From Oscillospiraceae bacterium (GTDB lineage: Bacteria; Bacillota; Clostridia; Oscillospirales; Ruminococcaceae), in contig DAMCAP010000005.1 in NCBI GenBank assembly GCA_032059445.1, positions 36,227 through 100,226 on the forward strand: 64,000 bases of DNA. The letters are read 5' to 3'. Of this stretch, positions 1-9,352 are shown piece by piece. How positions within the stretch are numbered: position 1 is the stretch's first letter; each line of letters opens with the position of its first letter. Under the pieces are notes generated by a model. The model saw nothing but the letters and a program-made list of their open reading frames with translations, had not been told where the DNA came from and made no database searches. Position numbers and translations under genes: made by a program.

Positions 1-10
1 TATAGTTAGA

Positions 11-415
11 TTGACCAACCGCATCCCAAGAACTTATGGGATCGACATGCTGCTGTTTCCCACCGAAATCCATATGGTAGAAGCAATCGCTAATCACCCT
101 GACAGCAATACCACTGACCTAGCAATTTTATTTAACATCACAAAGGGCAGCGTATCAAAGATGCTAACCAAGCTACACTGTAAGGGCTTGATCGAGCGCT
201 ATCAGGACCCTAGCAACAAAAAAGAAGTATACTTCAGGCTTACCGAGCTGGGTAATCGTGCAAATCAAGGTCATGCAGAGTTTCATAGCAAGCACGAGCA
301 CCAACTCTATGATGAGTTTGCTACCTATACCAAGGATCAGCAGGACTTCCTCATCGATTTTATCAACAAATATACCGATCACGTTACCAGCTTCGTGGAA
401 GACGAAACAGAGTAA
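11..415 (+). CDS. MarR-family winged-helix transcriptional regulator (N-terminus may lie upstream of the window)
   Basis: 134 aa ORF. The segment TTDLAILFNITKGSVSKMLTKLHCKGLIER...EVYFRLTELG is typical of a MarR HTH plus wing. A hairpin with T-run follows. Confidence 0.7.
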   Translation: MTNRIPRTYGIDMLLFPTEIHMVEAIANHPDSNTTDLAILFNITKGSVSKMLTKLHCKGLIERYQDPSNKKEVYFRLTELGNRANQGHAEFHSKHEHQLYDEFATYTKDQQDFLIDFINKYTDHVTSFVEDETE

Positions 416-446
416 TACAGGCATGAAATGTCCTATGGATATTCGG

Positions 447-479
447 GCGAGTGGTATTTGATACTGCTCGCTCTTTTTT
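447..479 (+). terminator. intrinsic terminator after the MarR gene
   Basis: Stem GCGAG..GTAT / ATAC..CTCGC followed by TCTTTTTT. Confidence 0.55.
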
Positions 480-564
480 ATTGAGGTTATGAGGTTGTAG
501 TCCTTGGTTGTGGCTTAGGATAATCTCTATAGCATGCTCAACTGCATATAAAATGTTCATTCAA

Positions 565-600
565 CAAAAAACCTCAAAGTACCGATAGATACTTTGAGGT
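565..600 (-). terminator. intrinsic terminator after the lipoprotein gene
   Basis: Perfect 10 bp stem ACCTCAAAGT/ACTTTGAGGT. The A-run on the plus strand gives a U-tract on the minus strand. Confidence 0.65.
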
Positions 601-618
601 TTATCTATGTATTGTTTT

Positions 619-1134
619 TTAGGCTGACCTGCCCATTTCTTCTTTCAACTGCTCTCTAGTGAGGAAAGGTACCCCCAACTCAAAGACAAAATGCCCTGAG
701 GCATATTCCTTACCCTCTACACTGTAGCTTACCGCATCTACTTTGGGATCGCCCAGAATAATGGATTTTGCAAGCCCCATCAGGGTGGTTGACTCTGTGT
801 AGCTGCCCTGGCTGACTCTGGTAAGGCCATCCGTGGTAAAATCAATGGTGACCATGCCCTGCTTATCCACGCTTACAGAGCGCCAGCCCAGCTTCGGCAG
901 ATGTGCAGGGGCATCCTTGGTGTTAAAAAAGGTATCGCGGTATGCTTCTGCGATCCCCTGAGGGGAGGGAGCAGCGGATAGCTCTACCTCTACTACGGTA
1001 TCGACCTGATCGGAGGTGGATGCGGGGTCGGCAGTATAGAGCTTGACAAAGTGTTTTTCTGAAGAAGAGGGCGCTGAGATGCAGCCCGATAGTAGAAGTA
1101 GCATAAGCGAGATGCAGAGTATTTTTCGTCCCAT
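619..1134 (-). CDS. secreted lipoprotein, GerMN-like domain (tentative)
   Basis: Start chosen at MGRKILCISLMLLLLSGC, a lipobox L-S-G-C signal peptide, with AAAGGATGG RBS upstream. The C-terminal part resembles GerMN domains from memory only. Confidence 0.6.
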   Translation of the reverse strand: MGRKILCISLMLLLLSGCISAPSSSEKHFVKLYTADPASTSDQVDTVVEVELSAAPSPQGIAEAYRDTFFNTKDAPAHLPKLGWRSVSVDKQGMVTIDFTTDGLTRVSQGSYTESTTLMGLAKSIILGDPKVDAVSYSVEGKEYASGHFVFELGVPFLTREQLKEEMGRSA

Positions 1135-1274
1135 ACAATACCATCCTTTCTGCCACAATACTATCAGATGTGTATTACGAAAAAAGTAAAAAGCTGTAAC
1201 TGCTTATAATATTTCGTCAGAGCGGCATGACTTTGCTTACGGAGCCGAGTTGGATGAGAAGTACCTCCCTCGTG

Positions 1275-1772
1275 TTACCCATCCAGTTGCTTGACATATC
1301 GAAGCTCCTTAAGTTCTTTGCCTGCTATCGTAATTGTGGTAAAATCATGATTTGCTTTAAAGCCTTGTTTCTCATAAAATCTGCGGGCTCGTGTATTTTG
1401 CTCTAGCACCCACAAATAAGCATGCCGATATCCTTTGCTTTGTAGCGCGTTTAAAGCCCCTTCTAGCAGTGGCTGGGCATACCCTGCCCCAAAGTACTCC
1501 GGCAGCAGGTAAATCGAGATAACTTCACCCCAGCCCGCCATATTTTCATCTCTGGCAGCGCAAATGGAGGAGGTACCAGCGTATTTTGCACCATCCATGA
1601 TTACATAAGCATCATACTGAGCTTTGGCTAAAATGGTAGCCCAACGATTCCCCTCCAGCGCATCTAAATAGTCTTGGGGGACAATACCCTGATAAGCGAC
1701 CTTCCAGCTGCTTGCATAGATATTGCCTATTGCTTCGAAATCATCCTGCTGATGGGCCTTACGTATTTCCAT
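1275..1772 (-). CDS. GNAT-family N-acetyltransferase
   Basis: Start at MEIRKAHQQD with AGGAGG RBS. Carries the acetyl-CoA motif region ...LLPEYFGAGYAQPLLEGALN...ARRFYEKQGF. Confidence 0.75.
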   Translation of the reverse strand: MEIRKAHQQDDFEAIGNIYASSWKVAYQGIVPQDYLDALEGNRWATILAKAQYDAYVIMDGAKYAGTSSICAARDENMAGWGEVISIYLLPEYFGAGYAQPLLEGALNALQSKGYRHAYLWVLEQNTRARRFYEKQGFKANHDFTTITIAGKELKELRYVKQLDG

Positions 1773-1846
1773 ATTGCCTCCTAGCCTATTAGCCACAGAT
1801 ACCATATGCTGCGGGTACCTCTCAGATTATAATGAGGGCAGGCTTA

Positions 1847-2608
1847 TTATATGTCTTTGACAATGATATTGCGAAGTATACCGATTCCCTCGATCTCTAC
1901 CTCCACAGTATCACCCACTGCCATAGGCCCGATGCCTTCTGGGGTGCCTGTAGTGACCACATCACCGGGGTAGAGGGTCATGCACTGGGTGATAAACTCC
2001 AGCATAGCGGGGATACTGGTCATAAACTTAGAGGTACGGGAGCTTTGTTTGACCTCTCCATTTAGGCGGGTGGTAACGGCTAGATCACTTGGGTCAATAT
2101 CCGTAACCAGCCAAGGCCCGATGGGAGCATGACCGTCACAGCATTTGCCCCTTGTCCACTGACCATCACTTTTCTGGATATCACGGCAGGTTACGTCATT
2201 TAAAATGGTGTAGCCAAAGATATAATCATAGGCATTTTCCGCTTTTACCTTTTTAGCTTCCTTGCTGATTACAAAGGCAAGCTCCCCCTCATAATCCAAC
2301 CGCTGGGTGATGGTGGGGTAAACCACCTCTCCTTCGTGATGGTTGACACAGGTAGGGGGCATGAGAAATAGCACGGGTGTGTCGGGGATTCCTTCACCCA
2401 TTTCGAGGGCGTGAGCATAGTAATTCTTGCCTAGAGCTACGATTTTGCTGGGCTCACAGGGAGCCAAGAGCTTCAGTTCTTCGATATCATAGATCTTATC
2501 GATCATTTTGCCCCCCAGATAAGGTGCTTGATCCATCCTGATTGCCTTATTGCCTTGGAGAGCTGCCCAGAAATCTTCACCGCTGTAGTGGCATTTGATG
2601 TATTTCAT
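1847..2608 (-). CDS. fumarylacetoacetate hydrolase (FAH) family protein
   Basis: 253 aa with FAH hallmarks: DYEGELAFVI, ILNDVTCRD, GDVVTTGTPEGIG. Confidence 0.8.
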   Translation of the reverse strand: MKYIKCHYSGEDFWAALQGNKAIRMDQAPYLGGKMIDKIYDIEELKLLAPCEPSKIVALGKNYYAHALEMGEGIPDTPVLFLMPPTCVNHHEGEVVYPTITQRLDYEGELAFVISKEAKKVKAENAYDYIFGYTILNDVTCRDIQKSDGQWTRGKCCDGHAPIGPWLVTDIDPSDLAVTTRLNGEVKQSSRTSKFMTSIPAMLEFITQCMTLYPGDVVTTGTPEGIGPMAVGDTVEVEIEGIGILRNIIVKDI

Positions 2609-2645
2609 ATCTTGCTCCTTTACTTTGCATCATTAGATTAAAATA

Positions 2646-2675
2646 ATTGTATCCCATGGTTTGGGTGGGTGTCAA
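2646..2675 (-). promoter_or_regulatory. sigma-A-type promoter for the FAH gene
   Basis: Minus strand reads TTGACA-18 nt-TACAAT. Confidence 0.45.
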
Positions 2676-2746
2676 TTAGAGCAATATACAAAGCTTGGGA
2701 GAGTTTCCTGTAATAAGCGTGCTGTACGGAGCACCTAAATAAGAAC

Positions 2747-2776
2747 GAAAAAAGCCGCAGGATTGCTCCTGCGGCT
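2747..2776 (-). terminator. intrinsic terminator after the DUF1177 gene
   Basis: Minus strand reads AGCCGCAGG-AGCAAT-CCTGCGGCT followed by TTTTTTCG. Confidence 0.7.
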
Positions 2777-2796
2777 GGTAGTTTGAGGACTTACAA

Positions 2797-3732
2797 TTAC
2801 TTTCCGAGGGTCTTTAGGTGTGCCATAGAGCCATAGAGATCAAGAAGATGGGCATACTCCTTTTCGTTGTAGAGCTTGCACTGACCCTTACCGAAGTACT
2901 TCGCAACCTCGATCATGTAGCGGCCGGCAGATTCGCAATCAACAAAGTTGCTTGCACCGGTTGCACAGCCTGCTACAGGCACCTCAGTAGTGATGGCAAT
3001 GCCCACTACTGGTGCAGTGGTAGCGGTGCAGGGCTGGAGGATGGAGTTGAGGTGGTATACGTCGTTGCCGTAAGGGGTGATATCCTGAGTAGTGAGGGCG
3101 AATACCTGAGGCAGCTTGCCTGTGGTGGTCTGCATGATGTCTAGTAGATCGTCGCTCACCTTTAGGATGTAGCCGTCCTTGACGGTGGGGGAGATAGCAA
3201 AACCTCTGTGATTGATGATGCGGTTGCCCTTGGTGGTGTCGACTGAGAGGATGGCATCGAGATCATCGCTGACCTCCTCGCGGTTAACGGTAGCCATATC
3301 GACAGGGGAGCCCATAAAAGGCACAGGCTCGTGAGGCTGGGTAGGAGCGTCGGGGCAGATGTGGGTAGAAACTACTACGTCGCCCTCTAGATAGTCGCCC
3401 TTGCTCTGCATATCAAGCAGCTTGGCAGCACATGCCAGAGCTACCAGAGCACCGTCACCGTCAGATACAAAGCCTGTCATAGCAGGGCGTGCGCCCAGAC
3501 CGCCTAGTCTGCCCAGAAGACCAATGGTTGGGGCAGAGCCGCCTACAGTCTTGCCCTTGGTGCCAGGGATCCGTACTCTAAACATTTCGGTCTTGCCTCT
3601 GGGGCCTACAACATCATAGTAGTGTATATCGGCATCTGCTTTTATTTTACGCAGATAGTCTGCTACATCCTTGGCACAAGCAGTGCTGGAATCGAGCAGG
3701 TCGAATACTTCGATAATTTGTTTAATAATCAT
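2797..3732 (-). CDS. DUF1177-family protein (function unknown)
   Basis: 311 aa. The motif TIGLLGRLGGLGARP and overall length match my recollection of DUF1177. Not verified by search. Confidence 0.55.
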   Translation of the reverse strand: MIIKQIIEVFDLLDSSTACAKDVADYLRKIKADADIHYYDVVGPRGKTEMFRVRIPGTKGKTVGGSAPTIGLLGRLGGLGARPAMTGFVSDGDGALVALACAAKLLDMQSKGDYLEGDVVVSTHICPDAPTQPHEPVPFMGSPVDMATVNREEVSDDLDAILSVDTTKGNRIINHRGFAISPTVKDGYILKVSDDLLDIMQTTTGKLPQVFALTTQDITPYGNDVYHLNSILQPCTATTAPVVGIAITTEVPVAGCATGASNFVDCESAGRYMIEVAKYFGKGQCKLYNEKEYAHLLDLYGSMAHLKTLGK

Positions 3733-3813
3733 TACGCTACTCCTTTAATCTGTATTGTTTCACTATGATCATACAATATTTCAGCCCTTATTTCAATAGC
3801 AAAGGCGCCTATA

Positions 3814-3842
3814 TTGACAGCGAAGCAGCTAAATTGTAGAAT
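3814..3842 (+). promoter_or_regulatory. sigma-A-type promoter for the nitroreductase gene
   Basis: TTGACA-17 nt-TAGAAT, about 50 nt upstream of the start codon. Confidence 0.5.
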
Positions 3843-3892
3843 AAAAGCAGCGAAGCACAATGCAACTATATAGATTGTAAGGAGAAACCCCT

Positions 3893-4450
3893 ATGAATGC
3901 TACATTAGATACCATTTTTAGTCGTAGAACCATCCGCAGCTATAAAAAAGAGCAGCTAAAGGATCAAGATATCGAGATCATCCTAAAAGCAGCTATTGCT
4001 GCCCCCAGCGGCAACAACCTACAGGGCTGGCATTTTACCGTAGTGCAGGATAAAGAGCTGATTGCTGATTTTGAGGCAGCATGTACCAAGGGGATCATGA
4101 TGCATGGTACCGAAAAAGCCAAGGCACGGGTAATGGACCCAGATTATAAGAACTTCTATGCTGCTCCTACTCTCATTGTAATCTCCACCGAGAAGCTGGC
4201 GCCAAAGCCTCTAGACGTAAGTGCTGCAGCACAAAACATCCTGCTGGCTGCTTGGTCGCTGGGTATTGGCTCCTGTTATCTGGCAAGCCCCCGATACGCC
4301 TTTATGACTGAGCAGGGTGATAGCCTACATAAGCGACTGGGCATCCCTGCTGGGTATGAGCACTGTGTAACAATAGGGCTAGGATACATCGAGGGTGCAG
4401 TGCCCACTATGCCTGCACGTAGGGCAGATGTGGTGAATTGGGTGCGATAG
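3893..4450 (+). CDS. nitroreductase-family oxidoreductase
   Basis: 185 aa. The N-terminal RRTIRSYK...APSGNNLQGWHF is typical of the FMN nitroreductase fold. Confidence 0.8.
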   Translation: MNATLDTIFSRRTIRSYKKEQLKDQDIEIILKAAIAAPSGNNLQGWHFTVVQDKELIADFEAACTKGIMMHGTEKAKARVMDPDYKNFYAAPTLIVISTEKLAPKPLDVSAAAQNILLAAWSLGIGSCYLASPRYAFMTEQGDSLHKRLGIPAGYEHCVTIGLGYIEGAVPTMPARRADVVNWVR

Positions 4451-4875
4451 GTACTTTTTTAAAGAGGCTTATGCATCCGCTCTTTGCACTCATGCCGTGC
4501 AGGCACCCCATTTTTGATAGACGTCAAAAATGGGGAAAAAACCGTCAAAGGGCTCTGCCCTTTACCCACGGGCAAAGCTTAGCGGATTACGCTGCGCAGC
4601 CTGTAGCTGCTTGCGATAACCGCTTTAATCTATTGCCCTTATAATGTGCCTGTGGCACATTGAAATGCCTAACGGCATGGGGATGCGATCCGTTTAATGA
4701 GGAAATTTTGTTATTTTTTATAGAAATACGAAACCCCCAATCACAGCCATTTATTATGCTGCGGATGGGGGTTTTGTGTTGTATATGGTCGTAACTATTT
4801 GCAATGGACTATATTCACATAACTTTGCAATAGGGTTTGCTGCTCTATTTGTAAGCAGTGGCAGGTAGCCCTCTG

Positions 4876-4910
4876 CAATCAAAATCAGCCCTATAACGAT
4901 AGGGTGGCTG
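4876..4910 (-). terminator. intrinsic terminator after the LysR gene
   Basis: Minus strand reads CAGCCACCCTAT-CGTT-ATAGGGCTG followed by ATTTTGATT. Confidence 0.5.
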
Positions 4911-4930
4911 CGCACAGCACAAAGGGGCTG

Positions 4931-5851
4931 TCAGCTGCACGAGCTACAAGAGCCACAGGTATTGCTATACTCGCGGACCTTTGACATAAAGCGCTCTACA
5001 ACTGGGGAGAGGTGTTTATTCTTTAGGCGTACCAGGTAGAGGTTTCGCCCGATAGAGGTGTCGTTGATGGTGGAGGTACGTAACAAGCCTAGCTTGCAGT
5101 ATTCTGCCACCGACATCTGTGACATGATCGAGATACCTAGGCCACTGGCAATCGAGCTCTTGATGCTGTCTACATTGTCCATCTGAGCGACTACATTGAG
5201 CTCTTTGGGGTTGATACCGATGCTATTGAGGTACTGCTCGTATTCCTTGCGGGTACCTGATTCTTCTTCACGGGCGATAAAAGGGGCTTGCAGCAGTCGT
5301 TGCTTATCAAAGCTCTTGATTAAGCTGTATTCTTTGGTGCTCGGAGTGACTACCACCAGCTTATCTTTGGTAAAAGGCTCGAAGCTGCAATTGCTGGTGT
5401 CAGAAATCGTACCGGTTATACCGATATCTGCCCGATTATCCTCAAGATGCTTGATGACCATGCCGCTGTCACATTTGATGATATTGAAGGTTACCTCAGG
5501 GTATTGCTGATGAAACTCGGCCAGTACCCCCGGCAGTATGTACTGAGAGGGGATGGTAGAGGCAGCGATTGTGATGTTGCCACAGGGGGCATTTACTCCA
5601 TGCCCAAGGTCGGTCAGGGCTTTGTCCCGCAGGGAGATGATTTCCTTAGCATAGTTATAGAGGCACTCTCCTGAGTCAGAGAGGGTTAGGGCCTTGGTGT
5701 TTCGCAGGATCAGTCGGGTACCAAGCTCTCGCTCTAGTGACTGGATATGTGCACTGACGGTGGGCTGGGTAAGAAACAATCGGTTGGCAGCTTTGGAGAA
5801 GCTTTTTAGCTCCACCACTGCAGTAAAGGCCTCCAGTTGTTTAAATTCCAT
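4931..5851 (-). CDS. LysR-family transcriptional regulator with Cys-rich C-terminal tail
   Basis: 306 aa with N-terminal HTH (FSKAANRLFLTQPTVSAHIQSLE) and a LysR substrate-binding domain. It ends in NTCGSCSSCS and is divergent from selD. Confidence 0.85.
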   Translation of the reverse strand: MEFKQLEAFTAVVELKSFSKAANRLFLTQPTVSAHIQSLERELGTRLILRNTKALTLSDSGECLYNYAKEIISLRDKALTDLGHGVNAPCGNITIAASTIPSQYILPGVLAEFHQQYPEVTFNIIKCDSGMVIKHLEDNRADIGITGTISDTSNCSFEPFTKDKLVVVTPSTKEYSLIKSFDKQRLLQAPFIAREEESGTRKEYEQYLNSIGINPKELNVVAQMDNVDSIKSSIASGLGISIMSQMSVAEYCKLGLLRTSTINDTSIGRNLYLVRLKNKHLSPVVERFMSKVREYSNTCGSCSSCS

Positions 5852-5893
5852 AATAGATCGTCCCCTTTCAGATCGATAACTGTGGTCAGACTA

Positions 5894-5922
5894 TTGAATT
5901 TCGTGTGCAAGGGTAGTACAAT
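5894..5922 (+). promoter_or_regulatory. sigma-A-type promoter for selD
   Basis: TTGAAT-17 nt-TACAAT, 28 nt upstream of the proposed GTG start. Confidence 0.55.
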
Positions 5923-5949
5923 ATACATAGTAATACAGGAGGTGAAAAG

Positions 5950-6984
5950 GTGAAACAACGTTTAACACATATGACAAAAAGCGCAGGCTGAGCCTCTAAA
6001 GTAGGGCCGGGTGCCCTGGATGAGGTTTTGCGCAAGCTGCCAAAGTTTGAGGATAAAAATCTCCTGATCGGCTTTGACACCAGCGATGATGCCTGCGTTT
6101 ATCAGATAAACGAGCATCAAGCTATGATACAGACGGTGGATTTCTTCCCGCCGGTGGTTGATGACCCATATGTCTATGGTCAAATCGCAGCTGCCAACTC
6201 CCTAAGCGATGTATATGCCATGGGTGGGGCGCCTACTTTGGCGATGAATCTGCTTTGCGTACCCAACTGCCTGCCCAAATCGGCAATAGAGGGTATTTTG
6301 CTGGGTGGTCACGACAAGGTGAAGGAAGCGGGTGCCATCATAGCAGGAGGTCACACCATTGAGGATGTGGAGCCTAAGTATGGCCTTTGTGTGACGGGCT
6401 TCATCCACCCAAAGGATGTGCTCGCCAACAGCAGCAGCCGTGAGGGAGATATTTTGATCCTGACCAAGCCCCTTGGCACAGGTATTTTGACCACTGCGGC
6501 AAAGGCTGACCTGCTCAGCGCTCAGGACTATGACCTGATGGTGTCGGTGATGGCGACCCTCAATAAGTATGCTCAGCAGGTGCTAAGCAAGGTAGGGGGC
6601 GCTCATGCATGCACCGATGTTACTGGATTTGGTATGCTGGGGCACAGCTATGAGATGGCTGCGGGTAGCAGTAAGACCATTCGATTGTTTTCTAAGGAGC
6701 TGCCTCTAATCCCCGCAGCAGTAGAGATGGCAAGGATGGGGATCATCCCAGCCGGAGCCTACACCAACTTTGATTATCTCAAGGATAAAGTATTGATTGG
6801 TAGTGGTGTTTCGCGTGAGGTGCTGGATATCTTAAGTGATCCCCAGACTTCGGGTGGTCTTTTGATCTCAGTGCCTGAGCATAAGGCCCAGGAGATGCTT
6901 AGAGCTATGGAGGAGATCACTCCATGGGCTAGGATCGTGGGTCAGGTTGAGGCGAAATCAAAGCACGCAATCATCGTAGACTAA
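5950..6984 (+). CDS. selD: selenide, water dikinase (selenophosphate synthetase), selenocysteine-containing; UGA at 5989-5991 read as Sec
   Basis: ORF 6028..6984 extends in frame upstream through TGA 5989-5991 to GTG 5950, with AGGAGG 7 nt upstream. The N-terminus reads VKQRLTHMTKSAG-U-ASKVGPGAL and matches the SelD catalytic loop. A hairpin lies at 6003-6017. Confidence 0.9.
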
Positions 6985-6992
6985 TAACAAGC

Positions 6993-7026
6993 AGCATCAC
7001 CTCTCGGGGTGGTGCTTTTGTTTTGC
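6993..7026 (+). terminator. intrinsic terminator after selD
   Basis: 9 bp stem AGCATCACC/GGTGGTGCT followed by TTTTGTTTTG. Confidence 0.7.
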
Positions 7027-7222
7027 TTCCTAAGAGTTATGCTTTGGGGCTCATGTATGTGGGGAAAAGCCGACGGTTACCGCTTACCATATTGCCTACC
7101 TTCGCTTGTACAAGCGTGCAAATGAGTGCCCCCTATAGGTGATCTGTAGTGATATTAAAATGCCTTGCAGCATCGCCTAGCTTTGGGTGTAAGGCAGCAT
7201 ACCTATAGCGATTCTTCGTTGT

Positions 7223-7255
7223 AAAAAAATAAGCTGCACCTCTACGGTACAGCTT
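7223..7255 (-). terminator. intrinsic terminator after tRNA-Sec
   Basis: Minus strand reads AAGCTG-TACCGTAGAGGTG-CAGCTT followed by ATTTTTTT. Confidence 0.65.
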
Positions 7256-7261
7256 ATATTG

Positions 7262-7359
7262 TGGCGGGAGTATGTGGGAATCGAACCCACCTAAGCAGCT
7301 ACTAACTACTATTACTGGTTTTGAAGACCAGAGGGCACACCAGCAACCCATCTACCCCC
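7262..7359 (-). tRNA. selC: tRNA-Sec (anticodon UCA), 98 nt including encoded CCA
   Basis: The reverse complement reads GGGGGTAG...CTGGT-CTTCAAA-ACCAG...GTGGGTTCGATTCCCAC-ATACTCCC-G-CCA. It has a UCA anticodon in a 7-nt loop and a long variable arm (AGTAG/CTGCT stem). It also has a T-arm with the TTCGATT loop and an extended acceptor stem. Confidence 0.9.
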
Positions 7360-7372
7360 ATATTGCTACAAT

Positions 7373-7401
7373 ATTATACCACAAGGTTTGTCTAAAATCA
7401 A
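7373..7401 (-). promoter_or_regulatory. dedicated promoter for tRNA-Sec
   Basis: Minus strand reads TTGATT-17 nt-TATAAT (with TGg just upstream of the -10), ending 13 nt before the mature tRNA 5' end. Confidence 0.6.
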
Positions 7402-7432
7402 TACTTTTTTACGAAATATTATGGCTATCTGT

Positions 7433-9352
7433 CTATTCGTTGGTAAAATTAGCGCCCAGCACTCTGGCATCCCCGACCTTCTTGGTGATACCTCGACGAT
7501 CCCAAAACTCTAGCAGAGCAATGGCGTATTTACGGGAGGTATTTAAGAGATCTCGCATTTCGCCCAGTGTAATCTGTGGGTTGGCGCCTAGATGCTCTGC
7601 CAGCTTGGAGAGGGCAGTACGATAGTGATCGGCATGGAAACTGATAGAAGGTGCAACCGTGATCAGCACACCGTCAGATATCAGCGCCTCATACACCTGC
7701 GTAAATGCTACCTTGTCCTTAGGGAAAAGGGCGGCTAGCTCTTCCATACTAGGTACGCTGAAGCCTGCTTGAAGGTAGGTTTCGGTAAGCTTCTGATGGA
7801 TGCGTTTTTGGGCTTCGTTGTAGGTGACGGTAAAACCAGCCAGCTTGACACGCCCATCTACCAGAGCAAAGCGGTCGGCATCCTCAAGTAGGATGGAAAT
7901 CAGTTTATCGGCGGTGGCGATGTCGGTCTTAAATGATAGCTTGCTACGCAGCTCTTCACGCCTAATGCCCTGCTGTAGAGGATTTTGCTTATGGTAGTCG
8001 CTCAGAAGCTTGGTCAGCTCCTCAGCAAGCTTTGCGATGTAATCTCTATGGACGACGGTTTGCTGATTGATGCGGATGATTATATCATCTACCAGCAGCT
8101 CACCTAGTACACGCTCAAACTCCTCTGGCTCCATACCCAAGAGGCTTGCAATTGCCGAGGTAGGGCTGAGCTTGGGGCTTGCTTCAAGAATTGCCTGTGC
8201 TGCCTTATCTTCAAGGGAACCGCCTTCTTTGATGGCAAGACCCTTGATCGACTCTTCATGAAAGCGCTTATGCTTCACGGGGGCTGGATCGATGATGATA
8301 CCGCCTCCAACTGTTTCGATAGGGGAGTAGAAGCGCACTACAAAGCGGTCTCCCTTTTTGACGGCGATCTCTTCGCTTAGGCGGAGCTGGGCATAGCCGC
8401 TTTGGCCCGCCTCAAGAGCGTCTTTTTCCAAAAGCACCAGCTTGCAGAGTGCATCTCTAGTACCATGATAGAAGTGTAACCGTGAAGCATTGTTGATCAC
8501 ACGGTCATAATCAGGGAGGATCGAGAGCTTGACGTCGAGCATCATGGTATTGGTCATGGTGTCGGGCTTGGCTAGGGTGTCGCCACGGTTGATCTCGGTT
8601 TTTTTGATGGAGGCAAGGTTGACCGCTACGCGCTGCCCTGTATAGGCAACAGGTACATCTTTGCCGTGCACCTGTAGATTACGCACACGAGTCAGCTTCT
8701 TCTCGGGGTAGATCATCACCTCGTCACCCTCTTTTAGGCTGCCCTCGATCAGGGTGCCTGTAATGACGGTGCCAAAGCCATCTACCGAGAATACTCTATC
8801 TACGGGTATGCGAAATGCAGGAGAGTTGGCTTTTTCGGCAAGGGAATCACAAAGCTCTGCAAGTGTATTTCGGAGGGTGTCGATTCCTTGATTTTTGTAG
8901 GCACTCACAGGGATAATAGGGGCATTCTCTAGGAAGCTGCCCTTGACCTCATTGCGGATGTCTTCTGTTACCATTTCGATCCAATCGGGATCAACCAGAT
9001 CGGTCTTGGTCATTACGATCACACCGTGTTGGATACCTAGCAAAGTGAGAATCCCCAGATGCTCTCTGGTTTGTGGCATGAAGCCCTCGTCGGCTGCCAC
9101 GATCAGCATCGCTACATCGATGCCGCCAGCACCCGCAAGCATATTTTTGATGAATTTTTCATGCCCCGGTACGTCGATGACACCCGCTTTGGTGCCGTTT
9201 GGCAGGTCAATGTGTGCAAAGCCCAGCTCTATGGTGATGCCTCGCTTTTTTTCTTCTTTGAGGCGGTCGGTTTCGATGCCAGTCAAGGCTTTAATCAGCA
9301 GAGATTTGCCGTGGTCAACGTGGCCTGCGGTGCCGATGATAACATTTTTCAT
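7433..9352 (-). CDS. selB: selenocysteine-specific translation elongation factor SelB
   Basis: Start at [17 protein letters not shown] (ATGA overlap with the selA stop). G motifs [16 protein letters not shown] and TKTD, plus a long winged-helix C-terminal extension. Confidence 0.9.
   Translation of the reverse strand: MKNVIIGTAGHVDHGKSLLIKALTGIETDRLKEEKKRGITIELGFAHIDLPNGTKAGVIDVPGHEKFIKNMLAGAGGIDVAMLIVAADEGFMPQTREHLGILTLLGIQHGVIVMTKTDLVDPDWIEMVTEDIRNEVKGSFLENAPIIPVSAYKNQGIDTLRNTLAELCDSLAEKANSPAFRIPVDRVFSVDGFGTVITGTLIEGSLKEGDEVMIYPEKKLTRVRNLQVHGKDVPVAYTGQRVAVNLASIKKTEINRGDTLAKPDTMTNTMMLDVKLSILPDYDRVINNASRLHFYHGTRDALCKLVLLEKDALEAGQSGYAQLRLSEEIAVKKGDRFVVRFYSPIETVGGGIIIDPAPVKHKRFHEESIKGLAIKEGGSLEDKAAQAILEASPKLSPTSAIASLLGMEPEEFERVLGELLVDDIIIRINQQTVVHRDYIAKLAEELTKLLSDYHKQNPLQQGIRREELRSKLSFKTDIATADKLISILLEDADRFALVDGRVKLAGFTVTYNEAQKRIHQKLTETYLQAGFSVPSMEELAALFPKDKVAFTQVYEALISDGVLITVAPSISFHADHYRTALSKLAEHLGANPQITLGEMRDLLNTSRKYAIALLEFWDRRGITKKVGDARVLGANFTNE

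Noticed and set aside
4607-4618. The exact 12-mer CTGCTTGCGATA shared with 25766-25777, considered as stand-alone evidence of a repeat.
   Set aside because: On its own, a 12-mer match is expected many times by chance in 64 kb on two strands. It is kept as a finding only because the surrounding hairpin modules occur in the same order.
4438-4644. 68 aa ORF downstream of the nitroreductase gene.
   Set aside because: It overlaps a series of hairpins, has no RBS, and its reading frame runs straight through the palindromes. I treat it as part of the intergenic hairpin array.
7133-7625. ORFs 7133..7351 (-) and 7272..7625 (+).
   Set aside because: They overlap the tRNA-Sec gene, its promoter and terminator, and the selB 3' end. 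They have no RBS and no recognisable domains.
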